A stretch of 63,640 bases of DNA, filler included, from Myxococcota bacterium (GTDB taxonomy: Bacteria; Myxococcota_C; UBA6777), in the NCBI GenBank assembly GCA_023150835.1. It is 3 parts of 3 records of this genome, joined end to end, with 100 filler letters (N's around TTAATTAATTAA, not from the genome) between each part and the next. Parts side by side here need not be neighbours in the genome. Positions count along the whole stretch, not along the records: positions 20,515 to 40,383 come from JAKLKB010000129.1; 2 more parts are not named here. One strand, written 5' to 3'. Both the position numbers and the translations under genes were made by a program. Below are positions 28,856 to 38,669 of this stretch, piece after piece. Numbering within the stretch: position 1 is the first letter of the stretch; the number at the start of each line of letters is the position of its first letter. Under the pieces are notes generated by a model. It saw only the letters and a program-made list of their open reading frames with translations, was not told the origin of the DNA and did not search any database.

Positions 28856-31723
28856 ATGAAGATACGCTGTGATAACTGCGCGACGGTATTTATGATCGAG
28901 GACGCCTTGATCTCGGATAAGGGAGTCAAGGCACAATGCCCAAAGTGCGGGCATCAAAAGGTCGTATGGAAACACAACGCCATCCAAGAAACATCATGGA
29001 TCGACGCACCCGAAGGAAGCTCCGCCGCCACCGCGAACCCATCCAACTGGATGGACGAGCCGCTGTCTGGCGTGCTGCAAGAAAAACTCGCTTCGATGGA
29101 CAAAGGACCCGCCCCGCTGCTTGGAGGGAGTCCTCCCTTGTTTGGTGGGGGCGATACCGCACGCGGAGGTTCGCTGTTGCCCGGTGGACCCACAGCCAGC
29201 TTGTACCCGCTCTCCAGCGCGTCGTCCGACAGCTTGTATCCCGCAGGAGAACAAGAACCTCTCGGTGGTGCGCTTTATGGTGCAGGCACAGGAGCTCGTG
29301 GAGCAAGCCTTTATCCAGCAAGCCCTTCGCAAGACCTCCTTCCTCCGCTTGGTTTGGAATACGAAGACTCTCTGTCGGGTGGTGGCTTTGGAGCGCCCAC
29401 CTCGATGGTCTACAAGCCACACGGAGCGCCGGAAACACTTTCCCTAGACGAAGAGGCCGGTGATTCGCTCGCCCTACACGTCCCACCCACCACGTTGACG
29501 GCGAGAGGCACCATCGCCTCCAGCGAGATCGGTCGCAAAACCACAACAGAGGCCGAGCAGCCACCCGTCGATCCAGAGTGGATCAAAGTCCGCCGAAGCA
29601 GCGACAAAAAAGAGATCGGCCCGATGACCCTTCAAGAAGTGCGCTCTCTCTACGCACACGGAAAGATCTCTTTGCTCGACGAGTGCGCAGGACGCGATGG
29701 AGGATGGCGTCTGATCAAAGCGGTTCCCGAGATCGAAAGCATCCTCAGCCGAACCCCACAGATCACCGAAAAAACCCCCGAGACCAAAGGAACCACCAAA
29801 GCGGCGAAAAGCAGCAGCGAAGGAGGGAGTTTCGTTTGGGTGGTCTTGAGCCTTTTTCTGTTGGGCGGTGGCGCGGGTGCTGCTTATTTCTTGCGCCCGT
29901 ATCTCAAGTCCAACAAAGGTCCAAACCCCGAAGATGACGTTCCTCGTGCTGGCTTGCTTGAAACCAAGATCGAGCGGTGGAAAAAAAGTTATCCCGGACT
30001 CAAAGCAAGCCCTCGCCAAAGCAAAAAGATCGCAGAAAAAGGCATGGCCTTGTTCTATCGCGATCTTCAAAGCGACTATCGCGCCGCCAATGAGGTCTTC
30101 CAACAAGCTCTTGTGGCGTGGGACAAAAACGGAGATGTCATCGCAGCAATCGGCCTTTCCGTCTTATGGGGCTCGCAGGGATTGCCTCGACAAGGCCGCA
30201 TCATCGAAGAGTTTGAAGAGATCCTGCGCGAACATACAAAAAAAATACCCACCAACCAAGCGATCAAAGCGGCCTTTGCAGCCTTTCTTGCAAGACAAGG
30301 AGAGTTCGCCAAAGCCACCGAACAAGCCAAACAAGCCGCTGCCAAAGCCCCGAAAGATCCGCTGGTTCTGTTGGTTTTGGGAGAATTGTTGCTCCAACAA
30401 GAACGCACAGCCCTCGAAGCTCGCCCCGTGTTGGAGCGCGTCGTCGAAACCCAACCCAAGATGGCCCGTGCGCGCTATCTACTCGCCAAAATACAAATCC
30501 AAAGCTCAAATCATTACCAAGCCGCTCAAAACCTCGAACCACTCGTGCAAAACAAGCATCTCCCCAGCTTGTTCTTGATGGCGGAGCTTCAGCATAGTCT
30601 CGGAAATTACCGAGACGCCAAACAAATCCTCAATCGGCTGCTTGCGATCGCCCCCCAAGATGATGAAGCTCGCTTGCTTTTGGGTATCCTCGAATATCAA
30701 ACCGCTCGCAACTTCGCCGCAGCCAAGCGCCTTTTCGCTCGCCTCAACCAAAACTCCACCCAACGCGGCGTCTTGCGTCGTGCCCTGTTGCATCTCGCTT
30801 ACGTCGCCTTGGAAGAAAACCAAACCCAAAAAGGCTTGGAGTTGATTGCACAGCTCGAAAAACTCGACAAACACTTCCTCCCGATCCTGTTCGCCAAAGC
30901 CCAACTCCTCGCAGCAAAACGCTCTTATCCCGAAGCCACCGCCGTTTTACAGCGATTGCTCCCACAAGTCTCCGAACCGCCACAACAGATCTTGCTTGGT
31001 TATCTCCACAACAAACAAAAACAACCCGACAAGGCCAACCAAGTCTTCCAACAAATCGCAAGTGAAAATCAACGATTCATCTGGTCTTATCTCTTCCTTG
31101 CCGCCAACGCGATCGATGCCAACAACGCCACCCAAGCCTTCATCTACATCAAAAATGCCCTTGATATCGAACCGCCCTTGTACACAAGCAACTTGCGCGT
31201 AGGCCCTTATCCTCTCTCTCGACGTTTTCTTCGCGGCTTAGCCAAAACCTTCCGAGACGCCCGAACAGAGGACTCTTCCATTACCTTGGCTGCCGCAGGC
31301 ATCGTGTATTACCAACTCGGCGACAGCAACGAAGCCTCCAACTACTTGAAACGGGCCCGTTCACGCGACGCCAACGCCCTTGCTGCGAACCTCTATCTTG
31401 CACAGATCGCCTACGAAAAAAAGCAATACGCCGCAGCGCAAAGCTACGCACGTCGGGTGTTTCAAACATACACCCAACACCCCATAGCCGGCACGATCTT
31501 GGGGCTGTGCGAGTTTCAAAAAGGCAGCGAAAAAAAAGCACTGGGCTACTTTTCACAGATCGAAGAAGCCCGCCCTTGGTATCTTTACGCACGCGCACAC
31601 CGCTTGATCCTCTTGCACAAAAAAGGCGAAAAGAAGGACGCCCAAGAACTGGCTCGTTCTTTGTTGACCTTGTATCGCTACAACCACGACTTGTTGCGTA
31701 TCCTCTACAGCATCCAATGGTAG
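28856..31723 (+). CDS. Zinc-ribbon (MJ0042-type)/GYF-like/TM/TPR protein
   Basis: MKIRCDNCATVF..AQCPKCGH; EIGPMTLQEV..W GYF_2-like; TM; long TPR array. Confidence 0.85.
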   Translation: MKIRCDNCATVFMIEDALISDKGVKAQCPKCGHQKVVWKHNAIQETSWIDAPEGSSAATANPSNWMDEPLSGVLQEKLASMDKGPAPLLGGSPPLFGGGDTARGGSLLPGGPTASLYPLSSASSDSLYPAGEQEPLGGALYGAGTGARGASLYPASPSQDLLPPLGLEYEDSLSGGGFGAPTSMVYKPHGAPETLSLDEEAGDSLALHVPPTTLTARGTIASSEIGRKTTTEAEQPPVDPEWIKVRRSSDKKEIGPMTLQEVRSLYAHGKISLLDECAGRDGGWRLIKAVPEIESILSRTPQITEKTPETKGTTKAAKSSSEGGSFVWVVLSLFLLGGGAGAAYFLRPYLKSNKGPNPEDDVPRAGLLETKIERWKKSYPGLKASPRQSKKIAEKGMALFYRDLQSDYRAANEVFQQALVAWDKNGDVIAAIGLSVLWGSQGLPRQGRIIEEFEEILREHTKKIPTNQAIKAAFAAFLARQGEFAKATEQAKQAAAKAPKDPLVLLVLGELLLQQERTALEARPVLERVVETQPKMARARYLLAKIQIQSSNHYQAAQNLEPLVQNKHLPSLFLMAELQHSLGNYRDAKQILNRLLAIAPQDDEARLLLGILEYQTARNFAAAKRLFARLNQNSTQRGVLRRALLHLAYVALEENQTQKGLELIAQLEKLDKHFLPILFAKAQLLAAKRSYPEATAVLQRLLPQVSEPPQQILLGYLHNKQKQPDKANQVFQQIASENQRFIWSYLFLAANAIDANNATQAFIYIKNALDIEPPLYTSNLRVGPYPLSRRFLRGLAKTFRDARTEDSSITLAAAGIVYYQLGDSNEASNYLKRARSRDANALAANLYLAQIAYEKKQYAAAQSYARRVFQTYTQHPIAGTILGLCEFQKGSEKKALGYFSQIEEARPWYLYARAHRLILLHKKGEKKDAQELARSLLTLYRYNHDLLRILYSIQW

Positions 31724-31811
31724 CCCCCTCTGCGGCGCGAGAGACTCCACAACACACTCAGACCCGCACAACTTGATCGCCTAGCACCACCGACAAAAAC
31801 ACTGATCCCGA

Positions 31812-31840
31812 TCAAACAGTTCAAACAGTTCAAACAGTTC
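31812..31840. repeat. 9-bp tandem repeat x3 upstream of the purE-like gene
   Basis: TCAAACAGT repeated three times. Confidence 0.8.
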
Positions 31841-31906
31841 GAAACACAAAACGGCGCGATGGTTCGAGCCATCCGCCCCCAACATCGAGCATAACGAGGG
31901 AGTACG

Positions 31907-32428
31907 ATGGAAAATCCGTTGGTAGCGGTTGTGATCTCTGCCGAAAATGAGCTGGCTTATATGGAAGAATGCGAGCGAACCCTGATCGGCTTTGGAATCC
32001 CTTTTGAATCCCGTGTGCTCTCACTCCAGCAAGCTCCTGAGCACTGTATCGATTGGGCGCGTTCCGTCGAAAAGCGCGGTGTCAAGGTCGTGATCGCAGG
32101 TTCGAGTTGGTCTGCTCCCTTGGCTTCGGTGCTTTCTTCTTTCACCATTCTTCCCGTAATCGCCGTCCCGCTTCCCATCTCTCCGATGCACGGGCTCGAT
32201 GCGCTCATGGGCATGGCGCAGTCCTATGTGGGCGCACCCATCGCAACGATGGCCGTCGGCAAACCCGGGGCCGCCAACGCGGGACAATTGGCCGTACAGA
32301 TCTTGGCTTTGCAGTTCCCTCAGCTTGCAGACCAATTGCGCGCCTACCGTTCGGGCCTTGCAAAACAAGTCGAAGCCAAAGACGGTGCGCTCTACCAAGA
32401 TCGCCAACGCCGTCGCCTTGGGAGTTGA
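31907..32428 (+). CDS. PurE (AIR carboxylase/N5-CAIR mutase) family protein with degenerate active site
   Basis: FGIPFE, RGVKVVIAG, LPVIAVP, GLDAL, ATMAVGKPGAANAGQLAVQILA match PurE, but GSxSD, SAHR, AAHL and QMP motifs are replaced. Confidence 0.85.
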   Translation: MENPLVAVVISAENELAYMEECERTLIGFGIPFESRVLSLQQAPEHCIDWARSVEKRGVKVVIAGSSWSAPLASVLSSFTILPVIAVPLPISPMHGLDALMGMAQSYVGAPIATMAVGKPGAANAGQLAVQILALQFPQLADQLRAYRSGLAKQVEAKDGALYQDRQRRRLGS

Positions 32429-32431
32429 GCC

Positions 32432-34432
32432 ATGCGGATCTGGCTGGTGTGGAGTGCCGTCCTTTGGGTGTTTTGGCGATCTTTGGGCGCAGAGGTACTC
32501 GCGGCCCCTCCGCCCGGCCAAAGCGCGCTACTCAACGGTATGCACGATATCGAATCTGCCGCGTGGATGAAAAATGCCACGCCCGGTTGCGACAAAGGCT
32601 GGATTACCGATCTCCGCTACATCGGCACACAAGGCAACCCCGCCGCCGACTGCCATCTAGCCACCACCCAAGCAGGCCTCTCGATCATCCAACGCCTTGA
32701 TGTCAGCGGCTCCGAATCTTATCCCCACGATCCCGCCCAAGCCACCGCCTTCGCCAACACCTTCGCGGCCTACGTCGCTCAATGCCCCAATATCCACGTC
32801 TGGATCGTCGGAAACGAACCCAACTTTACGGTCCACAAAAGCGATCCCGACTGCTCTTCTTCGGCTTATGCCAAGGCTTATGCCGAAGTCCACAAGCGCG
32901 TACATGCCTTGCCCGGACACCAAGACGATATCGTCCTTCTCGCCTCCAACTCGCCCTACTCTCCGGGATGTTTGGCAAGTCTTCGTTCCATCATCCGCTA
33001 CGTCAAACAAGAAGGCGTACAGCCCGATGGTTTCGCTGCTCACGCCTACACACGCGCCCCCAATGCCGGCCAGATCAACGCAAGCCTCGTCACCGATACA
33101 CGCCGTCAGACCGACCCCACCGTCGACGAATGCCCCGGGCCGATCACTTGGAATGACACATGGTACTCGCATTTCTTGATCTACCGCGATTACATCGGTG
33201 TGATGGAATCCGAAGGTATGCGCGGAAGCCCCGTCTTTATCACCGAAAGTGGCAACGCTTGTGATCCTGTCCGTGGCAACGCTTGTTATCCCAACGCCGA
33301 CGTCGGCTATTTCCAAGCCCTCTACAAAGAAGCCCATCAGTGGAACAGCAACAGCGCCAACCTCACCAAGATCCGTGCGATCACGCCCTATCGATGGACG
33401 ATCAACGATGATGGTACAGGACGAGACTTTGCCATCGGCCAAAAGCCCGGGCTGTTGGGAGATCTGACCAAAGCCTTCGCTCAACGCTACGCATGGACCA
33501 CCATCGGATGTGGAGGCCAAACAGGTTGCACCAAAGATGCGGATTGTCCTCAAGGACAGCGCTGTGACACTCCAAGCGGCCAGTGCGTCGCTCCACCCTG
33601 CAAACAGGCCGCAGACTGCCCAGCAAAGATCTGTAGCCCCAACAATTGTTCAACATCTCCCGGCCAATGCGTGGACAAAGGCGAAGGAAGTTTTTCTTGG
33701 CAAACCAACCCACCCGTCGCTGGGCAAGACCTGCGCATCCAGTTCACTCACCCTTCTGGCTGGACACACATCGGTCTGCGTTATTGTGGCCCTGCCTCGG
33801 GCACAGGCCGCGATCTCAAGATATCACGAGACCCCCAAGATCGACCGATCTGGGCCTTCACCATCGGGCCCCTTCCTGCTGGACGTTATCGCGTCGACTT
33901 CACCGCCGATAGTGAAACCCGCATCATCGGCTCCACCGAGCTGATCGTCCCTTCCCCTTGCTCTCCCAAACCCGAAGAGTGCAACAACCAAGACGACGAT
34001 TGCGACGGACAGATCGACAATGGCCTCTCGCGCCCCTGCTACGATGGCCCGCCTGAAACGCGAGGGCGCTTGCCTTGTCAAGATGGCGCACAGCTTTGCA
34101 ATGCCGGTGTCTGGGGGCCTTGCGTCGGACAATCCTTGCCTGTCCCCGAACGCTGCAACCAAGCCGACGACGATTGCGACGGACAGATCGACAATGGCTG
34201 CAACCCTCACCCCGAACCTCTCTCCGAAACCGCCCACGAATCCGCCCCTCAAGAGCCTTCTCCCGACAGTGCCGCGAACGAGATATTGATCTTGGACGGC
34301 AGCGAACAAGACAAAGAAAAAACAGTCCTGCGCCCCACAGGTTGCGGCTGCACAGGCCCAGATACGCCCCTTTCGGGTGGGTTGCTTTTGGGTGGACTCT
34401 TGCTCTTGTTCTTGCTGCGTCGGCGATTTTAA
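32432..34432 (+). CDS. Secreted clan GH-A-like glycoside hydrolase with Cys-rich, metal-binding repeats and MYXO-CTERM anchor
   Basis: Signal peptide; WIVGNEPN and VFITESG catalytic Glu motifs; two CN..DDDCDGQID motifs; GCGC..TM..RRRF. Confidence 0.8.
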   Translation: MRIWLVWSAVLWVFWRSLGAEVLAAPPPGQSALLNGMHDIESAAWMKNATPGCDKGWITDLRYIGTQGNPAADCHLATTQAGLSIIQRLDVSGSESYPHDPAQATAFANTFAAYVAQCPNIHVWIVGNEPNFTVHKSDPDCSSSAYAKAYAEVHKRVHALPGHQDDIVLLASNSPYSPGCLASLRSIIRYVKQEGVQPDGFAAHAYTRAPNAGQINASLVTDTRRQTDPTVDECPGPITWNDTWYSHFLIYRDYIGVMESEGMRGSPVFITESGNACDPVRGNACYPNADVGYFQALYKEAHQWNSNSANLTKIRAITPYRWTINDDGTGRDFAIGQKPGLLGDLTKAFAQRYAWTTIGCGGQTGCTKDADCPQGQRCDTPSGQCVAPPCKQAADCPAKICSPNNCSTSPGQCVDKGEGSFSWQTNPPVAGQDLRIQFTHPSGWTHIGLRYCGPASGTGRDLKISRDPQDRPIWAFTIGPLPAGRYRVDFTADSETRIIGSTELIVPSPCSPKPEECNNQDDDCDGQIDNGLSRPCYDGPPETRGRLPCQDGAQLCNAGVWGPCVGQSLPVPERCNQADDDCDGQIDNGCNPHPEPLSETAHESAPQEPSPDSAANEILILDGSEQDKEKTVLRPTGCGCTGPDTPLSGGLLLGGLLLLFLLRRRF

Positions 34433-34582
34433 GTGACCTCAACGTTGGCGCTTATTTCTCTTTGCCCCCTTGACTCTGACCGAGCAGGACGATAATACGT
34501 TTTTCAAACGAACGATACCTCTGCTTGAACAGTTTCTTTAATCACGTTTTTTCGATAAGGCCACGCGGTTGCGATCGTTTTG

Positions 34583-34633
34583 ATGGGGCGCTGCCCCATA
34601 CCCCGCAAGGAAACGCGGCTCCCTTGACCCCGT
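34583..34633 (+). repeat. 51-bp repeat, left inverted copy
   Basis: 45/51 identical to reverse complement of 38589-38639. Confidence 0.85.
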
Positions 34634-34797
34634 GTTGGCGAATGGATCTATGGTTTTTCAAACAAACAACTCCGTCGCTTGAAACATTACGAACACGGCG
34701 TTTTTTGCCCAATGCGTCAATCCTATCTCAAGTACGTGATCTCTATTGTGCCTGTCATCTGCGCAATCTTTATCGTACCGAAAGGAGAATTTTGAAC

Positions 34798-36591
34798 ATG
34801 AAGCTCCCGTTGTGTGAGGGGCTTTGGTCGAGACGACACCTTGTTGGGTGGTGCTTGTTCATGGTGTGTTGGTTTGCTTCATCGTGCATAATCGAACCAT
34901 TACCGTACTTGCGCTGCTACCCATGCAGAAAAACTTGCATCGAAGAGCAAAAGTTGATTTGCGTGCAGGGTGTTTGCGTCCCCGAAGCCAACCCCGATCC
35001 CAAACAGTGTCGCGGCGAAAAAACCGACGGCGACACCGAACAAACTGAAATTCCCGAAGAGGCCACTCACTCCGAAGAGGCCGCAAATCCCGAAGAACCC
35101 ACCACTCCCGAACCCGAGCCTTACATCGAAACTGAACCCGAACGCCCTGAAACCCCCGACACTCAACACGTACTCATCACCCTGCTCGAAGGCGATGATG
35201 ATCGAGAGCAACCTCTCTCCTATCCCACCGGCACTTCCGCGCCTCCAAACGCCAAAGAAGCCAAATTCCGATTCCGCACTTCATGGCGTGTCTTCGGGGC
35301 GAACCTTCGTCGCATCGACTCTTGGAAACTACAATCCAAAGATAAATCTCAGACTTTTTCTCTTACTGCTACCGACATAAAGGATACCGACATGAAACTC
35401 ACTCTCCCTGCTGCCCTCACTGCGGGCTTTTTTACTCTCCTTGGACTCATTGGCACCACCCCCACCGTTCAAGCCGAAGTTTACGTTCTCCAAGGCAAAG
35501 ATGGCAAAGACGGCGCACAAGGCCCCAAAGGCGACATCGGCACGCAAGGCCCCGCTGGGAAAGACGGCCTCGGCTTCGATCCGACCACCCTCACCTTCGT
35601 CAACGCCCTCAAATCCGCTGTCTCCATCCAAAACAACACCCTCACCTTCAAAGCCGACACCATCACCGTCGACACAAAAACCTTCACCGTCAAAGGCGAT
35701 ACCAAACAAACCACCCTCACACTCGACGACTCCGCCCAAACCATCACCCTCGAAAAAGCCAATGTCCGTGTCGTCAACGGAACCAACAAAACAGACCAGA
35801 CCAACAATCTCGGCAACCTGATCCTCGGCTACAACGAAGACGGTGGCACCACAAAAATACGCACCGGTTCTCACAACCTCATCCTTGGTACCGAACACAG
35901 TTATACCCGCCATTCGTCCATCCTTTCTGGCATCAAGCACACCGTCAACGCCGCCTACGCTTCCGCCATCGGTGGCTCTTCCAATACCATCACCAGCAAC
36001 GCCCTCTACTCCGTTGCTATTGCTGGACAAAACAATACCTTCGCTTCCTCTGGCACTGCTCTTTATGCGGCTTCCCTTGGTGGCGAGGACAATAAAATCA
36101 ATTCCAACTACGCCGCCGCTGTCGCTGGACAAAATAACAGTAATACAGGGACGCATGCCGCCGCTGTCGCTGGACAAAATAACAGTAATACAGGGACGCA
36201 TGCCGCCGCTGTCGCTGGACAAAATAACAGCATCACAGCGACCCATGCCGCCACTCTCGCCGGCGGTGGAACGAGCACGAACGACAAAAACACCGTTTCT
36301 CAACCTTACGCGGCTGCCGTCGCTGGACAAAATAACACCGTTGACGGGAAGTATGCCGTCGCTGTCGCTGGACAAAATAACAGTATCATAGGAACCCATG
36401 CCGCCACTCTCGCTGGCGGTGGAACGGACGCGAACAACCACAAAAACACCGTTTCTCAATCTCACGCGGCCATTCTAGGGGGGCAAAACAACAACATCGA
36501 TGCGGGTTCAAAGGCTGCCGTCGCTGTCTGCGGCTCTTTTGGCGTCAACTCCACTCTTTCCTCCTCCTCCTGTTGTGTTGGCAATCCTTGA
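34798..36591 (+). CDS. Fibre/adhesin-like lipoprotein (Cys-rich, short collagen-like, beta-repeat head), paralogue 1
   Basis: AAGGAG RBS; FASSC lipobox-like; GKDGKDGAQGPKGD; LGNLILGYNE..RTGSHNLILG; repeated AAAVAGQNN. Confidence 0.75.
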   Translation: MKLPLCEGLWSRRHLVGWCLFMVCWFASSCIIEPLPYLRCYPCRKTCIEEQKLICVQGVCVPEANPDPKQCRGEKTDGDTEQTEIPEEATHSEEAANPEEPTTPEPEPYIETEPERPETPDTQHVLITLLEGDDDREQPLSYPTGTSAPPNAKEAKFRFRTSWRVFGANLRRIDSWKLQSKDKSQTFSLTATDIKDTDMKLTLPAALTAGFFTLLGLIGTTPTVQAEVYVLQGKDGKDGAQGPKGDIGTQGPAGKDGLGFDPTTLTFVNALKSAVSIQNNTLTFKADTITVDTKTFTVKGDTKQTTLTLDDSAQTITLEKANVRVVNGTNKTDQTNNLGNLILGYNEDGGTTKIRTGSHNLILGTEHSYTRHSSILSGIKHTVNAAYASAIGGSSNTITSNALYSVAIAGQNNTFASSGTALYAASLGGEDNKINSNYAAAVAGQNNSNTGTHAAAVAGQNNSNTGTHAAAVAGQNNSITATHAATLAGGGTSTNDKNTVSQPYAAAVAGQNNTVDGKYAVAVAGQNNSIIGTHAATLAGGGTDANNHKNTVSQSHAAILGGQNNNIDAGSKAAVAVCGSFGVNSTLSSSSCCVGNP

Positions 36592-36738
36592 GTCCCCCCT
36601 CCTCGATGCGCTTCCCTTTCCTGTTCCCCTCAAAACACCGACCGCTCTTGACACCTGCCGTTGCCTCTGCCATCTCTCTCCACAGCGTCTGCTTTTTCTA
36701 CCACCCTTCACTTTATTTCTTGACATCACGGAGGCCCC

Positions 36739-38418
36739 ATGCCACCGCCCTTTTTCACGCACGCTCCTCCTTCAAAACGTGCAAACCACCGATACTTCGC
36801 CCTTTTCATCTCAACTCTCTTTTCACTCTCCCTTCTTCCCCTTCACACCGCTTGTTTGCCTCCTGCTCCCCTCGACTGCACTCTTTGTCCAGCCGACCGC
36901 AACTGCGGAGTGAACACGGGCTTTGTATGCAAAGACGGCTATTGTGTCCCTGAGAGCGACCCCAACCCCGCTCGCTGCAAAACCGAACTCCCTGACGTCG
37001 GTTTGGAAAAGACCGAACCCCTCGACGAGACCTCTCCCGAAGAGGCCACCCACCCCGAAGAGGCCGCAAATCCCGAAGAACCCACCACTCCCGAACCCGA
37101 GCCTTACATCGAAACCGAACCCGAACGCCCTGAAACCCCCGACACTCAACACGTCCTCATCACCCTGCTCGAAGGCGATGATGATCGAGAGCAACCTCTC
37201 TCCTATCCCACCGGCACTTCCGCGCCTCCAAACGCCAAAGAAGCCAAATTCCGATTCCGCACTTCATGGCGTGTCTTCGGGGCGAACCTCCGTCGCATCG
37301 ACTCTTGGAAACTACAATCCAAAGATAAATCTCAGACTTTTACTCTCACTGCTACCGATATAAAGGATACCGACATGAAACTCACTCTCCCTGCTGCCCT
37401 CACTGCGGGCTTTTTTACTCTCCTCGGACTCATTGCAAACACCCCCACCGTTCAAGCCGAAGTTTACGTTCTCCAAGGCAAAGACGGCAAAGACGGCGCA
37501 CAAGGCCCCAAAGGCGACACCGGCACCGCTGGAAAAGACGGCGACACCAAGTTCACCGACGCCGATGCTACCGCCCTCAAAGCTCTCCTTCTCAAACTCC
37601 AAGCCAGCGGTGACAACCTCAACATCACCGCAAACACCGTTTCTTTCAAACCCACCTCCGGCGGCAATGTGACACTTGACCTCGGTGCTTCCGCCTCCCT
37701 CAAATCGGGCAACGCCACCCTCGACTTTGCGGGCGATGCCATCACCGTCACCTCAACCACTTTTTCCGTCGATACCACGTCCAAAATCGCACTCAAATCT
37801 CCCGATGTCGCCGTCGCCTCGACCACTTTTGAGGTCAAAGGAACCGCCAACAAAGTCTCCTTCAAAATCGATGACGCAAACAAAAAAGCGACCTTTGATA
37901 CCGCAAACGTCCACGTTCAAAGTGGACTCGGGCAAACAGCCCCTCCCGGCCCGACCTCCAACGATCCCCCCCAAACCAACGGGCTTGGTAACCTTATCAT
38001 CGGATACAATGAAACTCGCCCGTCTGGAAATCCTTTAAGAACAGGCTCTCATAATCTTATTATCGGCGCAGAACACCACTACACCAGCCACAGTGGCTTC
38101 GCTCAAGGTAAAACGAATTCGATTCGCGGGGAACTCGCGGGGGTCTTTGGGGGGTCAGGGAACACGGCGAGTTCCCAAGGAGCGGGGGTCTTTGGGGGGT
38201 CAGGGAACACGGCTTCGGGGGTTTTTTCATCCGTCCACGGAGGTGGCGGCAGTACAACGACGGACGGAAACAAAGCTGAAGCCAAATACTCGTCCATACA
38301 CGGCGGGCGGGGGTGGAACATCGTTGCAGGAACAAACGATGCGAAAACTTTTCATGGCCAAATTGGAGAAATTGTACTTTGTGGCCCGTCTCCTTCTAAA
38401 ACGTTGTGCCAGCAGTAA
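36739..38418 (+). CDS. Fibre/adhesin-like lipoprotein, paralogue 2
   Basis: GGAGG RBS; HTAC lipobox; same central block as paralogue 1; NGLGNLIIGYNE..RTGSHNLIIG; AGVFGGSGNTAS repeats. Confidence 0.75.
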   Translation: MPPPFFTHAPPSKRANHRYFALFISTLFSLSLLPLHTACLPPAPLDCTLCPADRNCGVNTGFVCKDGYCVPESDPNPARCKTELPDVGLEKTEPLDETSPEEATHPEEAANPEEPTTPEPEPYIETEPERPETPDTQHVLITLLEGDDDREQPLSYPTGTSAPPNAKEAKFRFRTSWRVFGANLRRIDSWKLQSKDKSQTFTLTATDIKDTDMKLTLPAALTAGFFTLLGLIANTPTVQAEVYVLQGKDGKDGAQGPKGDTGTAGKDGDTKFTDADATALKALLLKLQASGDNLNITANTVSFKPTSGGNVTLDLGASASLKSGNATLDFAGDAITVTSTTFSVDTTSKIALKSPDVAVASTTFEVKGTANKVSFKIDDANKKATFDTANVHVQSGLGQTAPPGPTSNDPPQTNGLGNLIIGYNETRPSGNPLRTGSHNLIIGAEHHYTSHSGFAQGKTNSIRGELAGVFGGSGNTASSQGAGVFGGSGNTASGVFSSVHGGGGSTTTDGNKAEAKYSSIHGGRGWNIVAGTNDAKTFHGQIGEIVLCGPSPSKTLCQQ

Positions 38419-38588
38419 GTTTCTTCTGCCCCTTGATTCCGTGCGCCCAAGACATACCACATCGATTTGGATGTCTCGTTGTTTTCGCGATCGGATGGAC
38501 GAAACGCGGCTAAAAAAAGAAATGACGTGTTCGCGCCGATTCGAACGGCAGGGATGCTGCTTTGAAGAAGGCTGATCACCCCGTCCGT

Positions 38589-38639
38589 ACGGGGTCAAGG
38601 GAGCCGCGCTCTGTGGCGGGGCATGGGGCAGCGCCCCAT
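38589..38639 (-). repeat. 51-bp repeat, right inverted copy
   Basis: Inverted partner of 34583-34633; lies between convergent genes. Confidence 0.85.
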
Positions 38640-38669
38640 ACGCGCCAAGGCAAGCAAATCGCCTTGCGC

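Noticed and set aside
34798-38418. Prophage tail fibres or a diversity-generating retroelement
   Set aside because: Both genes have lipoprotein-type signals, there are no phage genes or reverse transcriptase, and differences in the shared block are not adenine-specific
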